Part shown: positions 19,225-28,913 of the stretch, piece after piece
How positions within the stretch are numbered: the stretch's first letter is position 1
Layout of the letters: the number at the start of each line of letters is the position of its first letter
DNA from: Acidobacteriota bacterium
Lineage (GTDB): Bacteria > Acidobacteriota > Vicinamibacteria > Marinacidobacterales > Marinacidobacteraceae
NCBI GenBank assembly: GCA_022826195.1
Contig: JAJDVI010000076.1
Coordinates: 85,971-149,970 of the forward strand
Direction: 5' to 3'
DNA length: 64,000 bases
Translations under genes and position numbers: made by a program
The notes under the pieces: generated by a model
Told to the model about the DNA's origin: nothing
What the model saw: only the letters and a program-made list of their open reading frames with translations
Databases searched by the model: none

Positions 19225-19814
19225 CAGTCGATTCCCTCGCTGGCGAGCCGGTCCCGCATCCGGCGCCGTCCCCGGAGCAGCAGCACCCCCACGTTCGTGC
19301 GCGTAACGCCCAGCGTGTCGGCGATCTCCTGGTAGCTGAGCCCGGCGCCGTAGCGCAGGGTCAGTGCAAAGCGCTGCCGGAGCGGGAGTCCGGAGAGCGC
19401 CTCGCGGACCCGCTCCCGCCGCTCCTCCGTGATCAGCCGCTCGAGGGGGCTCGGGGAATCGGCAGGCAGTTGCGCCGCACCTTCGTCGTCGAGCGGTTCG
19501 GAACGACGGTTCTTCCGCGCCTCGTCCCAGCAGCGGTTGGCCGCGATCCGGAACAGCCACGGCCCGAAGGGGCGCGACGAATCGAACGAATCCAGCCGGA
19601 ACCGGGTCTTCATCATGATCTCCGCGGCCAGGTCCTCGCCGGAGTCTCCGGGAAGCGTCCGGCGGCAGAACGCGAGCACCTGCGGATGGAAGTGCCGATA
19701 GAGCGCGGCCCACGCGTCCTGGGCCGCCTGGCCGGCGGGACCAACGTCCGCACCCTGTTTGTCGGCCTCCTGGCAGGTTCGGACGAGATCCGTGATTTCC
19801 TGATCGTGGAGCAT
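19224..19814 (-). CDS. ECF sigma-70 family factor
   Basis: FGPWLFRIAANRCWDEARK (region 2); LPLRQRFALTLRYGAGLSYQEIADTLG (region 4). Confidence 0.9.
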   Translation of the reverse strand: MLHDQEITDLVRTCQEADKQGADVGPAGQAAQDAWAALYRHFHPQVLAFCRRTLPGDSGEDLAAEIMMKTRFRLDSFDSSRPFGPWLFRIAANRCWDEARKNRRSEPLDDEGAAQLPADSPSPLERLITEERRERVREALSGLPLRQRFALTLRYGAGLSYQEIADTLGVTRTNVGVLLLRGRRRMRDRLASEGID

Positions 19815-19828
19815 CCCTCCGGTACCTA

Positions 19829-19854
19829 TACGTCCCGGACGGGCAGACGTTACA
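19829..19854 (-). promoter_or_regulatory. ECF-type autoregulatory promoter TGTAAC-N16-CGTA
   Basis: Minus strand TGTAAC (19854-19849), 16 nt, CGTA (19832-19829), upstream of sigma ATG; matches SigW/SigX-type consensus. Confidence 0.7.
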
Positions 19855-19914
19855 GCGCGCGGGGCGGCCCGCCGTCCTCTGTGTGATGCTTCCCGCCCGC
19901 GGGAGGCTCCGAGA

Positions 19915-20748
19915 GTGCGCAGGTTGCTGAGGCGTTTCGCCGGCCGGTTCGTGTTGACGCTGTCCCTGGTGCTGCTGGAAGCGGCGGGCTGGACTCTTTT
20001 TCCGCTGGTCATCGGACGCGCCATCGACAGCGTCCTGGCGGACTCGCCACGCGGCCTCTACGAGTTCGCCGCGCTCGGGATCGGCGTCATGGGCCTCGGG
20101 ATCGCCCGGCGCTTCGTGGACAGCCGGGCCTATGCGCGCGTCTTCCGGCGGCTCGGTGAGGAACTCGTCGTCCGGGAACCGGGGGGCGGCACCTCGACGA
20201 AGACGGCGCGTCTCGGGATGCTCGGGGAGTTCGTCGAGTTCTTCGAGAACCAGGTGCCGGGCCTCATCACCGGGATCATCGGTCTCGGGGGCACGCTCCT
20301 CATCCTGTCCGCGCTGAACCGGCCGGTCTTCTTCGGGTGCCTTGCGGTCACCGCGGTCAGCGCGGTTCTCTATGCCCTGACGGGAAGGCTGACCACCCGC
20401 TACAACCAGGGACTCAACGACGAGCGTGAACGGCAGGTGGACGCCGTTGAGAGCGGCGATCCCGCGCGCGTCGGCGTTCACCTCCGGGCGCTCATGCGCT
20501 GGAACATCAAGTTGTCCGACCTGGAGGCGGTCAACTTCGGGGTGGTGTGGTTGTTCCTGATGGGGTTGCTGGTGTTTTCGATCGGATCGGCGGCAGAGCG
20601 GACCGTCGAGTACGGCACCGTCTTCGCCGTCGTGATGTACGTCTTCCAGTTCACCGAGTCCGTGATCGTGCTGCCGCTCTACTACCAGCAGTGGCTGCGG
20701 CTGAGGGAGATCTCGGGGCGTCTGGGCGCGATCGGAGCGTCGGCGTAG
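19915..20748 (+). CDS. ABC transporter six-TM domain protein (no ATPase partner nearby)
   Basis: LFPLVIGRAID, YNQGLNDERERQV, LSDLEA, YVFQF; GGAGG SD. Confidence 0.7.
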   Translation: MRRLLRRFAGRFVLTLSLVLLEAAGWTLFPLVIGRAIDSVLADSPRGLYEFAALGIGVMGLGIARRFVDSRAYARVFRRLGEELVVREPGGGTSTKTARLGMLGEFVEFFENQVPGLITGIIGLGGTLLILSALNRPVFFGCLAVTAVSAVLYALTGRLTTRYNQGLNDERERQVDAVESGDPARVGVHLRALMRWNIKLSDLEAVNFGVVWLFLMGLLVFSIGSAAERTVEYGTVFAVVMYVFQFTESVIVLPLYYQQWLRLREISGRLGAIGASA

Positions 20749-20808
20749 GGTTGTCCGGCCGACCCGGAGAGCTGCGTGGCGCCGCGACCGGCAGTCCGGC
20801 CGGTCACT

Positions 20809-21531
20809 TCAGGTGGTTGCCGCGAGACTGAAGTCGGCCCAGACGCCGAAGTGATCGGACATGGCTTCATCGTCCGCGTTTCGCTTCGGCCAGATTCTGA
20901 ACGGGGTCGCCCGCCTCAGGTCCGGTGTGTGGGCGATGTGATCAATGGTCAGTCCCGGCGCCCCGGGAATCTCGCCGGCCGTAGGAATCTCCAGACCCTC
21001 GAAGGCCCTGAGCAGTGCCTCGTGTGCCTTCTTCGGCGCCCGCATCCGCGGAATCCGCTGATTGAAATCCCCCAGGACGACCATGCGGTCCGTGGTACGC
21101 CGCCAGGGAAGCCGTTCGAACGCCTCCAGCCAGGCGTGGTGATCCTCCCAGAGCTCGCGGTCCTTGCGGCCGTTGCGAACGTGGGCGCCGTCCCAGGGAA
21201 CACAAACCCCAACAACCGTCAGCGGTCCGATCGGCGACTCGGTGACTCCCTTGACGAACCGGCCCCCGGGAAAACCGGGCGAGCCAACGCAATCCGCGCC
21301 GGTCCACGGGTGTCGGCCCCAGAGCACTACTTTCCTGCGGTCCTCGCGGAGCAGGTCATAGCCCCAGTCCGTGCCGGCATCGATCACGTGGCCTTCCCCT
21401 GGCAGGAGACCGGCCGATCCTTCCGTGACGCACAGGATGTCGCACTCGGCAACCGCGATGGAGGTGCGTACGCGAACGCCCCTCGCGCTGCCGGGCACAG
21501 CCCATCCCGTGTTCCAGGTGCCGATGCGCAC
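20809..21531 (-). CDS. Endonuclease/exonuclease/phosphatase (EEP) family protein
   Basis: RIGTWN, DILCVTE, LGDFN, IDHIA, SDHFGV catalytic motifs. Confidence 0.85.
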   Translation of the reverse strand: MRIGTWNTGWAVPGSARGVRVRTSIAVAECDILCVTEGSAGLLPGEGHVIDAGTDWGYDLLREDRRKVVLWGRHPWTGADCVGSPGFPGGRFVKGVTESPIGPLTVVGVCVPWDGAHVRNGRKDRELWEDHHAWLEAFERLPWRRTTDRMVVLGDFNQRIPRMRAPKKAHEALLRAFEGLEIPTAGEIPGAPGLTIDHIAHTPDLRRATPFRIWPKRNADDEAMSDHFGVWADFSLAATT

Positions 21532-21544
21532 GGCCCCCGACCGG

Positions 21545-22345
21545 TCATGCACGCGAAGCGGAGACCGTGGGCCAGGCGCCGCGGACCGAGCCACGGTGGC
21601 GGGCGAGTACGCGGAACCCATCGGACGACGGATCCGGAATGACCGGATTCCCCCTTGAGTCGAGGTAGAGGCACCCGACTTCATCTGGCGGAAGGTCCGC
21701 CACCAGGGCTCGGGCGTCTTCCATCGCGCTGAGCCACCGGCGCTTGAGGGTGCCGAGGTCGAGCGGTTCCCGGAGCGCCAGCCGGCCGAGGTCCGCGTCG
21801 GTGTAGGCCGCGTGCCGCGCCGTCTGCTCCAGCAGGAAGTCGGGTGTGTAGCCCGGATCCTGGCCGCAGGCGGCCCACGCCAGCGCTCCCAGCGACAGGT
21901 AGGTGTCGTTGCAATGGAGCACGTCCACGAAGTCCCGGATCTCGTGACGCCCCGCCAGCGCCAGGACCTTGTTGATGGCGGCGTCGGCAACGTGCAGGCG
22001 ATACCCGAACTGGTCGTCCTCCTGAATCGGATAGAACCGGAACGCGCTGTCCTGGGCCCACTCGATCCTCAGCGAGGCGGCGCCCGATCGGGTGACCGCG
22101 CGGTGAAACGCCGGGGTCCGGAGCAGCCAGGAGACTTCGTGGCCGGCTCTCCGCAGGGTTGCCGCATCCGCCTCCGCGCAGAGGGCCACGCTTTCTTCCA
22201 GATCGTGAAAGAGATCGAGATCGAGCGAGTAGCGCGGCGTCCGCTGCTCCCGGTGGAGCACCGTCGCGCCGGCGACGTAACTGTCCGGACTGCGGTTTCC
22301 CGCAATGAGGCGCAGGACCTCAACCTGGAAGGAACCTAGCGGCAT
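21545..22345 (-). CDS. Nucleotidyltransferase, AbiEii/AbiGii-like putative toxin
   Basis: YVAGATVL..RYSLDLDLF (GG-like..DxD), DAAINKVLAL.GR.EIRDFVD. Confidence 0.7.
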   Translation of the reverse strand: MPLGSFQVEVLRLIAGNRSPDSYVAGATVLHREQRTPRYSLDLDLFHDLEESVALCAEADAATLRRAGHEVSWLLRTPAFHRAVTRSGAASLRIEWAQDSAFRFYPIQEDDQFGYRLHVADAAINKVLALAGRHEIRDFVDVLHCNDTYLSLGALAWAACGQDPGYTPDFLLEQTARHAAYTDADLGRLALREPLDLGTLKRRWLSAMEDARALVADLPPDEVGCLYLDSRGNPVIPDPSSDGFRVLARHRGSVRGAWPTVSASRA

Positions 22346-22608
22346 AACCGGGCGGCGGTACGGAACCCCTTCCGTCCGCCGTGTTGCCGCAGGCCGCGGA
22401 CGATCTCCGGGATGTCGTCGAGCGTTGCCACCAGATCGGGGCGGAGGTACCAGAAGCACTGGGCATGGAACGTGCGGAACGCTCGGCGCGCTTCGCGGAC
22501 CCGCACCATGTCGCGCGCCTGCTCAGGCGAGAGTTGGCGGCGGCTTCGCAATCCACCCTTGCGGCCGATCCGGGCGAAGTACTCCCTGAGTGTGGAGGGT
22601 GGATCCAT
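22336..22608 (-). CDS. Small basic protein, putative antitoxin (GRKGG motif)
   Basis: 90 aa; YFARIGRKGG; overlaps NTase start; palindrome upstream. Confidence 0.6.
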   Translation of the reverse strand: MDPPSTLREYFARIGRKGGLRSRRQLSPEQARDMVRVREARRAFRTFHAQCFWYLRPDLVATLDDIPEIVRGLRQHGGRKGFRTAARLCR

Positions 22609-22614
22609 GCGGGC

Positions 22615-22638
22615 ATATTAACGTAAGCCGCTTACGTT
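22615..22638 (-). promoter_or_regulatory. -10 box (TAATAT) abutting perfect palindrome AACGTAAG-CCG-CTTACGTT
   Basis: 8-bp inverted repeat 22620-22638; TAATAT 22620-22615; ATG 6 nt downstream. Confidence 0.65.
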
Positions 22639-22919
22639 TGGGCACCACTCGAGGTGGCCGGCTGAAACATCGCCGCATGGGTTTCGCGCCGCGGCGCGAT
22701 GCCTGTTCCCACCGGAAGACGCCCCTCGCGTGTCCTCCCGCCCGCCCGGCCGGAAACGAACACTCCGCGGCGGCCGGCCGCGAATTCCGGGACGCCATGG
22801 GCACTGATCGCGGGGACCTGAAACAAGAATGGCGAAGCGCCGTACGCGCGTGCGTAGCTGCCGTTCGGCCAATCCCCCTGACGGCGGTGCGCTGCGGCGC
22901 AATGACGCCCGGGAGTTTC

Positions 22920-22960
22920 GCCCGCTGCGCGGGCGATGCCGGTCTGGAGACCGGCGGTCC
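22920..22960 (-). repeat. REP-like palindromic element
   Basis: GCCCGCTGCGCGGGCGATGCCGGTCTGGAGACCGGCG, shared with 848-890. Confidence 0.8.
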
Positions 22961-22986
22961 GGCGCCCGTCTCCTAGAATCCCGGCG

Positions 22987-24306
22987 ATGCGAGTTGTGCA
23001 CCGGAGGCTTCTGATCGTCTCGGCGGTGGTCCTGGCGCTCGTCCCGGTGGCGTTCGGGGTCCGGCTGCTCGACCGGATGGCGCTGGCCTACACGACCGGG
23101 CTCCGGCGGAGCGTGGACAGTCCCGGGTTCGGCGGCGTCATGCCGCCCGCCGACGGGCCGCCGCCCGGGGTGGCGTTCATCGGTTTCTCCCGCCCGGCGG
23201 AGGACGCCGACGGGTTCGTGATGAGCCGGGTCACCGCCCAGGGCCGGGAGGCCGGGCTTCGGGACGGCGACCGGGTCACCGCGGTGGACGGGGTGGCCTA
23301 TTCGGACGCGCGGGAAGCGATGGGGGGACTCATCGGCACCCGGATCGCGGGCGAGACGGTGGACCTCACGGTCATGCGGAGCGGCGAGGAACTCCGACTG
23401 CCGCTCCGCCTCTCGCGCTACGTGCGGCATCCCGGGGACCTCGGACTTCCGTACGAGGAGGTCGCCCTGGACTCGGAGAGCGGCCACACCCTCCGGGGAT
23501 GGTGGATCCCGCCCCCCGAGGACAGCGACGGCCGGGCGGTGGTGTGGGTGCACGGCGCCCATTCTTCCCGGTACCAGGCGCTCGACCACGGCGCGGAGTT
23601 CCTGCACGCGCGCGGCTACGGGATCCTCACGATGGACCTCTCGGGCCGCGGGTCGAGCGACGGCGAGTACATCACCTACACCTGGAACGAGCGGCACGAC
23701 GTCCGCTCGATGGTGGACTACCTGCGCTCGCGCCCGGACACCGACGCGTCGCAGGTGGTCGTCTTCGGGACCTCGAACGGCGCCGCCTCCGCGATCTACG
23801 CGGCGGCCGCCCTCGGCGACCTTCCCGCGCTCGCGCTCGACGCCCCCTATGCCGACCTCTGGCGGGCGGCCGGCTCCATGCTCGAAATGCGGGGAGGAAT
23901 CCCGGCGCTCCGGGGTCCGCTCGCGCTCTTCGTCCGGGCCCGAACCGGCCTTCGCATCCGGGAGGTCCGGCCCATCGAGGTCATCGCGGACATCCCCGGT
24001 CCCGTCCTCTTCGTGCACGGCGACCGGGACCGGCAGGTTCCTCCCGACCACAGCCTCGAACTCCACGAGGCCCGGCTGGAAGCGGGGTTGCCCTCGCGGC
24101 GGTGGATCCTCCCGGGCGGCGAGCACGGGTTCGACGCCTATCCGCTGCCGGGAATCTTCTGGAACCGGATCGTGGACTTCTTCGACGACGCGCTCGGCGG
24201 CCGCCCTCCGGGACGGGAACTCGGCGGACCGGCTCCCGACACCCTCGACGATCCGGCGTGGACCGGTGACGGCCGGAACGGAGCGGGTCGCGGAGGAACC
24301 CGTTGA
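22987..24306 (+). CDS. Membrane-anchored PDZ domain + alpha/beta hydrolase
   Basis: N-terminal TM; AGLRDGDRVTAVDG (PDZ); VHGAHS, GTSNG, HGDRD, GGEH; TAGAAT 7 nt before ATG. Confidence 0.8.
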   Translation: MRVVHRRLLIVSAVVLALVPVAFGVRLLDRMALAYTTGLRRSVDSPGFGGVMPPADGPPPGVAFIGFSRPAEDADGFVMSRVTAQGREAGLRDGDRVTAVDGVAYSDAREAMGGLIGTRIAGETVDLTVMRSGEELRLPLRLSRYVRHPGDLGLPYEEVALDSESGHTLRGWWIPPPEDSDGRAVVWVHGAHSSRYQALDHGAEFLHARGYGILTMDLSGRGSSDGEYITYTWNERHDVRSMVDYLRSRPDTDASQVVVFGTSNGAASAIYAAAALGDLPALALDAPYADLWRAAGSMLEMRGGIPALRGPLALFVRARTGLRIREVRPIEVIADIPGPVLFVHGDRDRQVPPDHSLELHEARLEAGLPSRRWILPGGEHGFDAYPLPGIFWNRIVDFFDDALGGRPPGRELGGPAPDTLDDPAWTGDGRNGAGRGGTR

Positions 24307-26720
24307 CGGGCGGATCCCGCGGCCTGGGGGCCCTGGCCCTGGGTTTCTTCGCCGGTTGCGCCGCGCCCGATGCGCCGCAACCCGCCACGGTCGGGCCGGC
24401 GTCCGGCTACGAGGAGCTGGCGGGGCGGCTCGCCGACTTCGTCGAGGCCGAAATGGAACACAAGCGGATCCCGGCGCTGGCGCTCGCCATCACCGACGGC
24501 GAACAGGTCGTCTGGGCCCGGGGCTTCGGGGAGGCGCGTCCCGGCGTTCCGGCCGATGCGGACACGCTCTTCCGGGTCGGTTCGGTTTCGAAGCTCTTCA
24601 CCGACATCGCCGTGGTGGCGCGGCACGAAGCCGGCGAACTCGACCTCGACGGCGAGGTCTCGGAGGTCCTGCCGGGGTTTCAGCCCGCCGGCGTCCCGGA
24701 AGCGGGCGGGATCACTCTGCGGCGGCTGATGGCGCACCGCGCCGGACTCGTCCGCGAGCCCCCGGTGGGGCACTACTTCGACGACACCGATCCCTCGCTC
24801 GCCGCGACCGTCGAGAGCCTGAACGGCGTCCCGCTCGTCTTTCCTCCGGGAGCGCGGCAGAAGTACTCGAACGCCGGGATCGCGGTGGTGGGGCGGGTGC
24901 TCGAGCACGCCGCGGGCAAGCCTTTCGCCGAGGCGGTAACCGAGGAGGTGCTGGCGCCGCTGGGCCTTGAATCCAGTTCCTTCTCGCTGGCCGCCGCCCC
25001 GGCGGAACGCGTCGCCCACGCCACGATGTGGAGCTACGACGGCCGCGAGTTCCCGGCTCCCGGTTTCCCGCTCGGAATGGCGCCCGCCGGTTCGATGGTG
25101 ACCTCGGTCCGCGACCTGGGCCGGTTCCTGACCCTGCTGGCGGGAGGCGAACTCCCGGGTGTACTCGATGCGGAGGCGCTCGCCGGGATGTGGCGGGTGC
25201 AGTTCCCGGCGGACCGGGGCGATCCCGAGCCCTCGGGATTCGGCCTCGGCTTCTTCGTCGGCACGCTCGAAGCCCCGGACGCCGCCGGCGAGACCACCCC
25301 GCACCGGATCGTGCGCCACGGCGGCGCGATCTACGGGTATTCCACCGAACTGGCGTTCCTGCCGGAAGCGGGCCTCGGCGCCGTGGCGGTCAGCAACGTG
25401 GACTTCACGAACGCGGTGGTGTCCCGGATCGCCGAGCTCGCGCTGCGGAGAGCGCTCGGGCTCCGTTCCGGGACCGAGGTCTCCTTCCCCCGCTCCGAGC
25501 CACTTCCCGAGGGCCTCTCCGCCCGGCTCCACGGCGTCTATGAGGCTGAGGATGGCGCGAGCCTCCGGGTGCTCGCCCGCGGCGGCCGCGCCGAGCTGGA
25601 GATCGGGAGCGCCACCCTGGAGCTGCGCGCTGCAGGTACACCGGGGGTGCTGGTCGCCGATTCCCGCCTCTCCTTCGGCCCCGAGATCGCCGTGCCGGGC
25701 GGCGGTGCGGGGGAGATCCGGTCCCTGGGCATCGGCGACCGGGAGTTCCGGCGCGTCCCCGAACCCCGTCCGCCCCCGCCGCCGGCGGAGTTCCTGCCCC
25801 TGATCGGCGAGTACGGCTGGGACCACAACATCCTCTTCGTGTTCGAGCGGGACGGCGCGCTCGCCGTGCTGATCGAATGGCTCGAGCGCTACCCGCTGAC
25901 CGCCGACCCCGAGGATCCCGACCGCTTCCACTTCCCGGACCGCGGCCTCTACCCGGGCGAGTCCCTGAAGTTTCTGCGGACCCCGGAGGGCCGGGTCACC
26001 GGCGCCGACCTCTCCGGAATCGTCTTCGAGCGCCGTCCCGGACCGGGAGAAGGGACCTTCCGCATCGAACCGCTGCTTCCGGTCGAGGAACTCCGCCGTC
26101 TCGCCGATGCCGGCTCTCCGCCGGCCGAGGACGGCGACTTCCTCGACTCGGACCTCGTGCGCCTCACCGACCTCGACCCCACGATCCGGCTCGACGTCCG
26201 CTACGCCGGCGAGAACAACTTCATGGGGACCGCCTTCTACCAGGTCGCCGACGCCTTCCTGCAGCGCCCCGCGGCCGAGGCGCTGGCCCGCGCCCACGCG
26301 GCGCTCGGGGACCACGGCTACGGAGTCATCGTGCAGGACGGCTACCGGCCCTGGCGGGTCACCAAGATGTTCTTCGACGCGACGCCCGAGCATCAGCGCA
26401 TCTTCGTGGCCGATCCCGCGTCGGGATCGCGGCACAACCGTGGCGCGGCGGTGGACATCGGCCTCTACGACCGCGCGACCGGCGAGGTCCAGGTCTTCGT
26501 GTCCGGCTACGACGAGTTCTCGGAGCGCGCCTTCCCGCGTTACGTCGGGGGAACCTCGGAGCAGCGCTGGCTCCGCGAGCTGCTGCGGCAGGTCATGGAG
26601 CGCGAGGGGTTCGACGTCTACGAGCACGAGTGGTGGCACTTCGACTACCGCGCCTGGGAGCGCTACGGGATCCAGAACGTGCCGCTCCACCGCATCGGGG
26701 CAGGGGACCCCGCCCCGTGA
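24303..26720 (+). CDS. Serine hydrolase (beta-lactamase fold) fused to D-Ala-D-Ala dipeptidase (VanX/M15D), lipoprotein
   Basis: Lipobox FAGC; GSVSK (SxxK), YSN, HGG; C-terminal DGYRP, SRHNRGAAVD, EWWHF. Confidence 0.9.
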   Translation: MTGGSRGLGALALGFFAGCAAPDAPQPATVGPASGYEELAGRLADFVEAEMEHKRIPALALAITDGEQVVWARGFGEARPGVPADADTLFRVGSVSKLFTDIAVVARHEAGELDLDGEVSEVLPGFQPAGVPEAGGITLRRLMAHRAGLVREPPVGHYFDDTDPSLAATVESLNGVPLVFPPGARQKYSNAGIAVVGRVLEHAAGKPFAEAVTEEVLAPLGLESSSFSLAAAPAERVAHATMWSYDGREFPAPGFPLGMAPAGSMVTSVRDLGRFLTLLAGGELPGVLDAEALAGMWRVQFPADRGDPEPSGFGLGFFVGTLEAPDAAGETTPHRIVRHGGAIYGYSTELAFLPEAGLGAVAVSNVDFTNAVVSRIAELALRRALGLRSGTEVSFPRSEPLPEGLSARLHGVYEAEDGASLRVLARGGRAELEIGSATLELRAAGTPGVLVADSRLSFGPEIAVPGGGAGEIRSLGIGDREFRRVPEPRPPPPPAEFLPLIGEYGWDHNILFVFERDGALAVLIEWLERYPLTADPEDPDRFHFPDRGLYPGESLKFLRTPEGRVTGADLSGIVFERRPGPGEGTFRIEPLLPVEELRRLADAGSPPAEDGDFLDSDLVRLTDLDPTIRLDVRYAGENNFMGTAFYQVADAFLQRPAAEALARAHAALGDHGYGVIVQDGYRPWRVTKMFFDATPEHQRIFVADPASGSRHNRGAAVDIGLYDRATGEVQVFVSGYDEFSERAFPRYVGGTSEQRWLRELLRQVMEREGFDVYEHEWWHFDYRAWERYGIQNVPLHRIGAGDPAP

Positions 26721-27442
26721 TCCTCGATCTGCTCTCCCGGGAAGGGCGGGAGGCGGCCCGGATCCGGCGCGCCGCCAAGACCCTCACCGAGCGCTACGCG
26801 CAGCCGGAGCCCCGGATGGACGCCGCCGAGCGGCTCGTCCGCATCGGAACGCCCGAAGCGATCTACCAGCTCGCCCGGCGTTTCACGATCACCTCCGGGA
26901 ACCTCGAGCAGGACGACAAGGAAAAGCGCTGGGTCCGCGACCTCCTGGTCGAACTGGGAGACCGCGCCTCCGAACCCGTCCGGCGCTACCTGAGGGGCCA
27001 CGACGAGATCACCTGGGCGATGGACGCGCTCGCGAAGCTGCTGCCGGCCGGCGAGCTGGCCGCGTTCCTCTTCGAGGTGCTGCAGGACGGAGATCCGGTG
27101 GCCATCCGGGGGTCGAAGGCGGTCCAGATCCTCGACTTCCTCGCCGGGCTGGAGGCGGAGCAGGTCGCCGCCCCGGTGGCGCGCTGCCTGACGAGCAGCG
27201 ACGACACGGTGCGGATCGCCGCGGTGGCCGCGCTCCGCGGGTACGCCGACCCGGACACCAGGGAACCGCTCCTCGAGGCCTTCGTCTCCGACGAGGAAGA
27301 CTCCGTGCGGGTGCGGATCGCCATCGCGGAACTCTTCGCCGACCTCGAGTGGGAGATCCGCGGCCATCGCCCCGGGGTGGAGCGCGTCCTGCCCGATGGC
27401 TTCCGGGTCAGCTCCCGCGGCCGGATCGTCCGGGCCGGATAG
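26717..27442 (+). CDS. HEAT-repeat-like protein
   Basis: GTGA overlap; RMDAAERL, DDTVRIAAVAAL, SVRVRIAIAE helical repeats. Confidence 0.65.
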   Translation: MILDLLSREGREAARIRRAAKTLTERYAQPEPRMDAAERLVRIGTPEAIYQLARRFTITSGNLEQDDKEKRWVRDLLVELGDRASEPVRRYLRGHDEITWAMDALAKLLPAGELAAFLFEVLQDGDPVAIRGSKAVQILDFLAGLEAEQVAAPVARCLTSSDDTVRIAAVAALRGYADPDTREPLLEAFVSDEEDSVRVRIAIAELFADLEWEIRGHRPGVERVLPDGFRVSSRGRIVRAG

Positions 27443-27476
27443 TGGTCACGCGGGGCCGGCCTGACGCCGCGCGCTG

Positions 27477-28913
27477 ATGGTCTCGGCCTCCACCGTCCTC
27501 GTCGTCCTCGGCTATCTCGCGGGGATCACCGCATTCGGGATCTGGGTGGGCCGGCGCGACCGGTCCGTGACCGGCTTCTTCCTGGCCGGCCGCTCGGCGC
27601 CTTTCTGGGCGGTGGCCGCCTGCGTGGTGGCCACCGAGACGAGCGTCCTCACCTTCACCTCCATTCCGGGGTTCGCCTACGAGGGCAACCTCGGGTTCCT
27701 CCAGTTGGCCATCGGGTTCCTGCTGGGCCGCGTGGGGATCGCGCTGGTGCTGCTCCCCGCCTACTTCCGCGGCGAGGTGGTGACGACCTACGAACTGCTC
27801 CTGAAACGCTTCGGCGCCCGGGTGCGGAGTGCCGCAGCGGCGATCTTCCTCGTGTACCGCAACCTCGCCGACGGCGTCCGGCTGCACGCGGCGGCGCTCA
27901 TGGTCGCGATCGTCGCCGGCGTTCCGGAGTGGTGGTGCATCGTGGCGCTCGCCGCCGCCATGGTGGCGTTCTCCGAGGAGGGCGGGGTCAAGGCCACCAT
28001 CTGGACCGACGTCGTCCAGCTCGGCGTGTACCTCGTCGGGGCGGGGATCGTGGTCGCGGCGCTCTGGCAGGGGAGCGGCGCCGAGCCGCTCGGGTGGATT
28101 TCGGCGGCGCGCGAGGCCGGCAAGTTCGACGTAGCGCTGCCCGCCTTCGACCTGACCATCCCCTACACCCTCTGGGCGGGCGTCATCGGCGGGTTCTTCC
28201 TCACTTTCGCGACCCACGGGGCGGACCAGTACCTGGCGCAGCGGCTGCTCGCCGCCCGCTCGCTCCGCCACGCCCAGGCGGGACTCGTCCTCTCCGGGGT
28301 GGGGGCGCTCTTCCAGTTCGCGCTCTTCCTGGGCATCGGCGCCTGGCTCTGGCACTACTACGGAGGGCGCGAGTTCGCCCGGCCCGACGAGGTGCTCCCG
28401 ACCTTCGTCGCCGAGCACCTGTCCGGCGCCGCCGCCGGCATCACGCTCGCCGCAGTGGTGGCGGCGGCGCTCTCGCCGTCGCTGGTGAGTCTCGCCTCCA
28501 CCACGGTGCGGGACTTCTGGCTGCCCTGGAAGCGCCGCCGGGCGGCGGCCGGCGCGGCCGCGGACGACGACTCGGGACAGGTCCGGGTGGGGCGGCAGTT
28601 CGTCGTGGTGTGGGGCATCGTGCAGACGGCGGTGGCCCTCGTGGCGCAGCGGGCGCCGTCGGCGCTGGAGGCCGGGCTGTCGATCCTGTCCTACGCCTCC
28701 GGCCCCACCGTGGGGGCCTTCCTGCTCGCGGTCTTCTTCCCGCGGGCGCAGCCCAACGCGGTCCTGATCGGGATGGGCGGCGGGTTCGCCGCCCCGGCGC
28801 TGATCCGGCTGGCGGGATTCCCGCTCGCCTGGACCTGGGACGTTATGGTCGGCTCGCTCGCCACCTTCGCGGTGGGCTGGCTCCTGAGCCGCGCCCGCAC
28901 GACTGAGCCGTGA
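27477..28913 (+). CDS. Sodium:solute symporter (SSS) family protein
   Basis: FFLAGRS, ATETSVLTF, GGVKATIWTDVVQ, HGADQYLAQRLLA. Confidence 0.9.
   Translation: MVSASTVLVVLGYLAGITAFGIWVGRRDRSVTGFFLAGRSAPFWAVAACVVATETSVLTFTSIPGFAYEGNLGFLQLAIGFLLGRVGIALVLLPAYFRGEVVTTYELLLKRFGARVRSAAAAIFLVYRNLADGVRLHAAALMVAIVAGVPEWWCIVALAAAMVAFSEEGGVKATIWTDVVQLGVYLVGAGIVVAALWQGSGAEPLGWISAAREAGKFDVALPAFDLTIPYTLWAGVIGGFFLTFATHGADQYLAQRLLAARSLRHAQAGLVLSGVGALFQFALFLGIGAWLWHYYGGREFARPDEVLPTFVAEHLSGAAAGITLAAVVAAALSPSLVSLASTTVRDFWLPWKRRRAAAGAAADDDSGQVRVGRQFVVVWGIVQTAVALVAQRAPSALEAGLSILSYASGPTVGAFLLAVFFPRAQPNAVLIGMGGGFAAPALIRLAGFPLAWTWDVMVGSLATFAVGWLLSRARTTEP

Noticed and set aside
17650-20481. Single 943-aa ORF from the ORF track
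   Set aside because: The part upstream of 19224 is a low-complexity shadow over the sigma and ABC genes; the real start is ATG 19224 (TGATG coupling)
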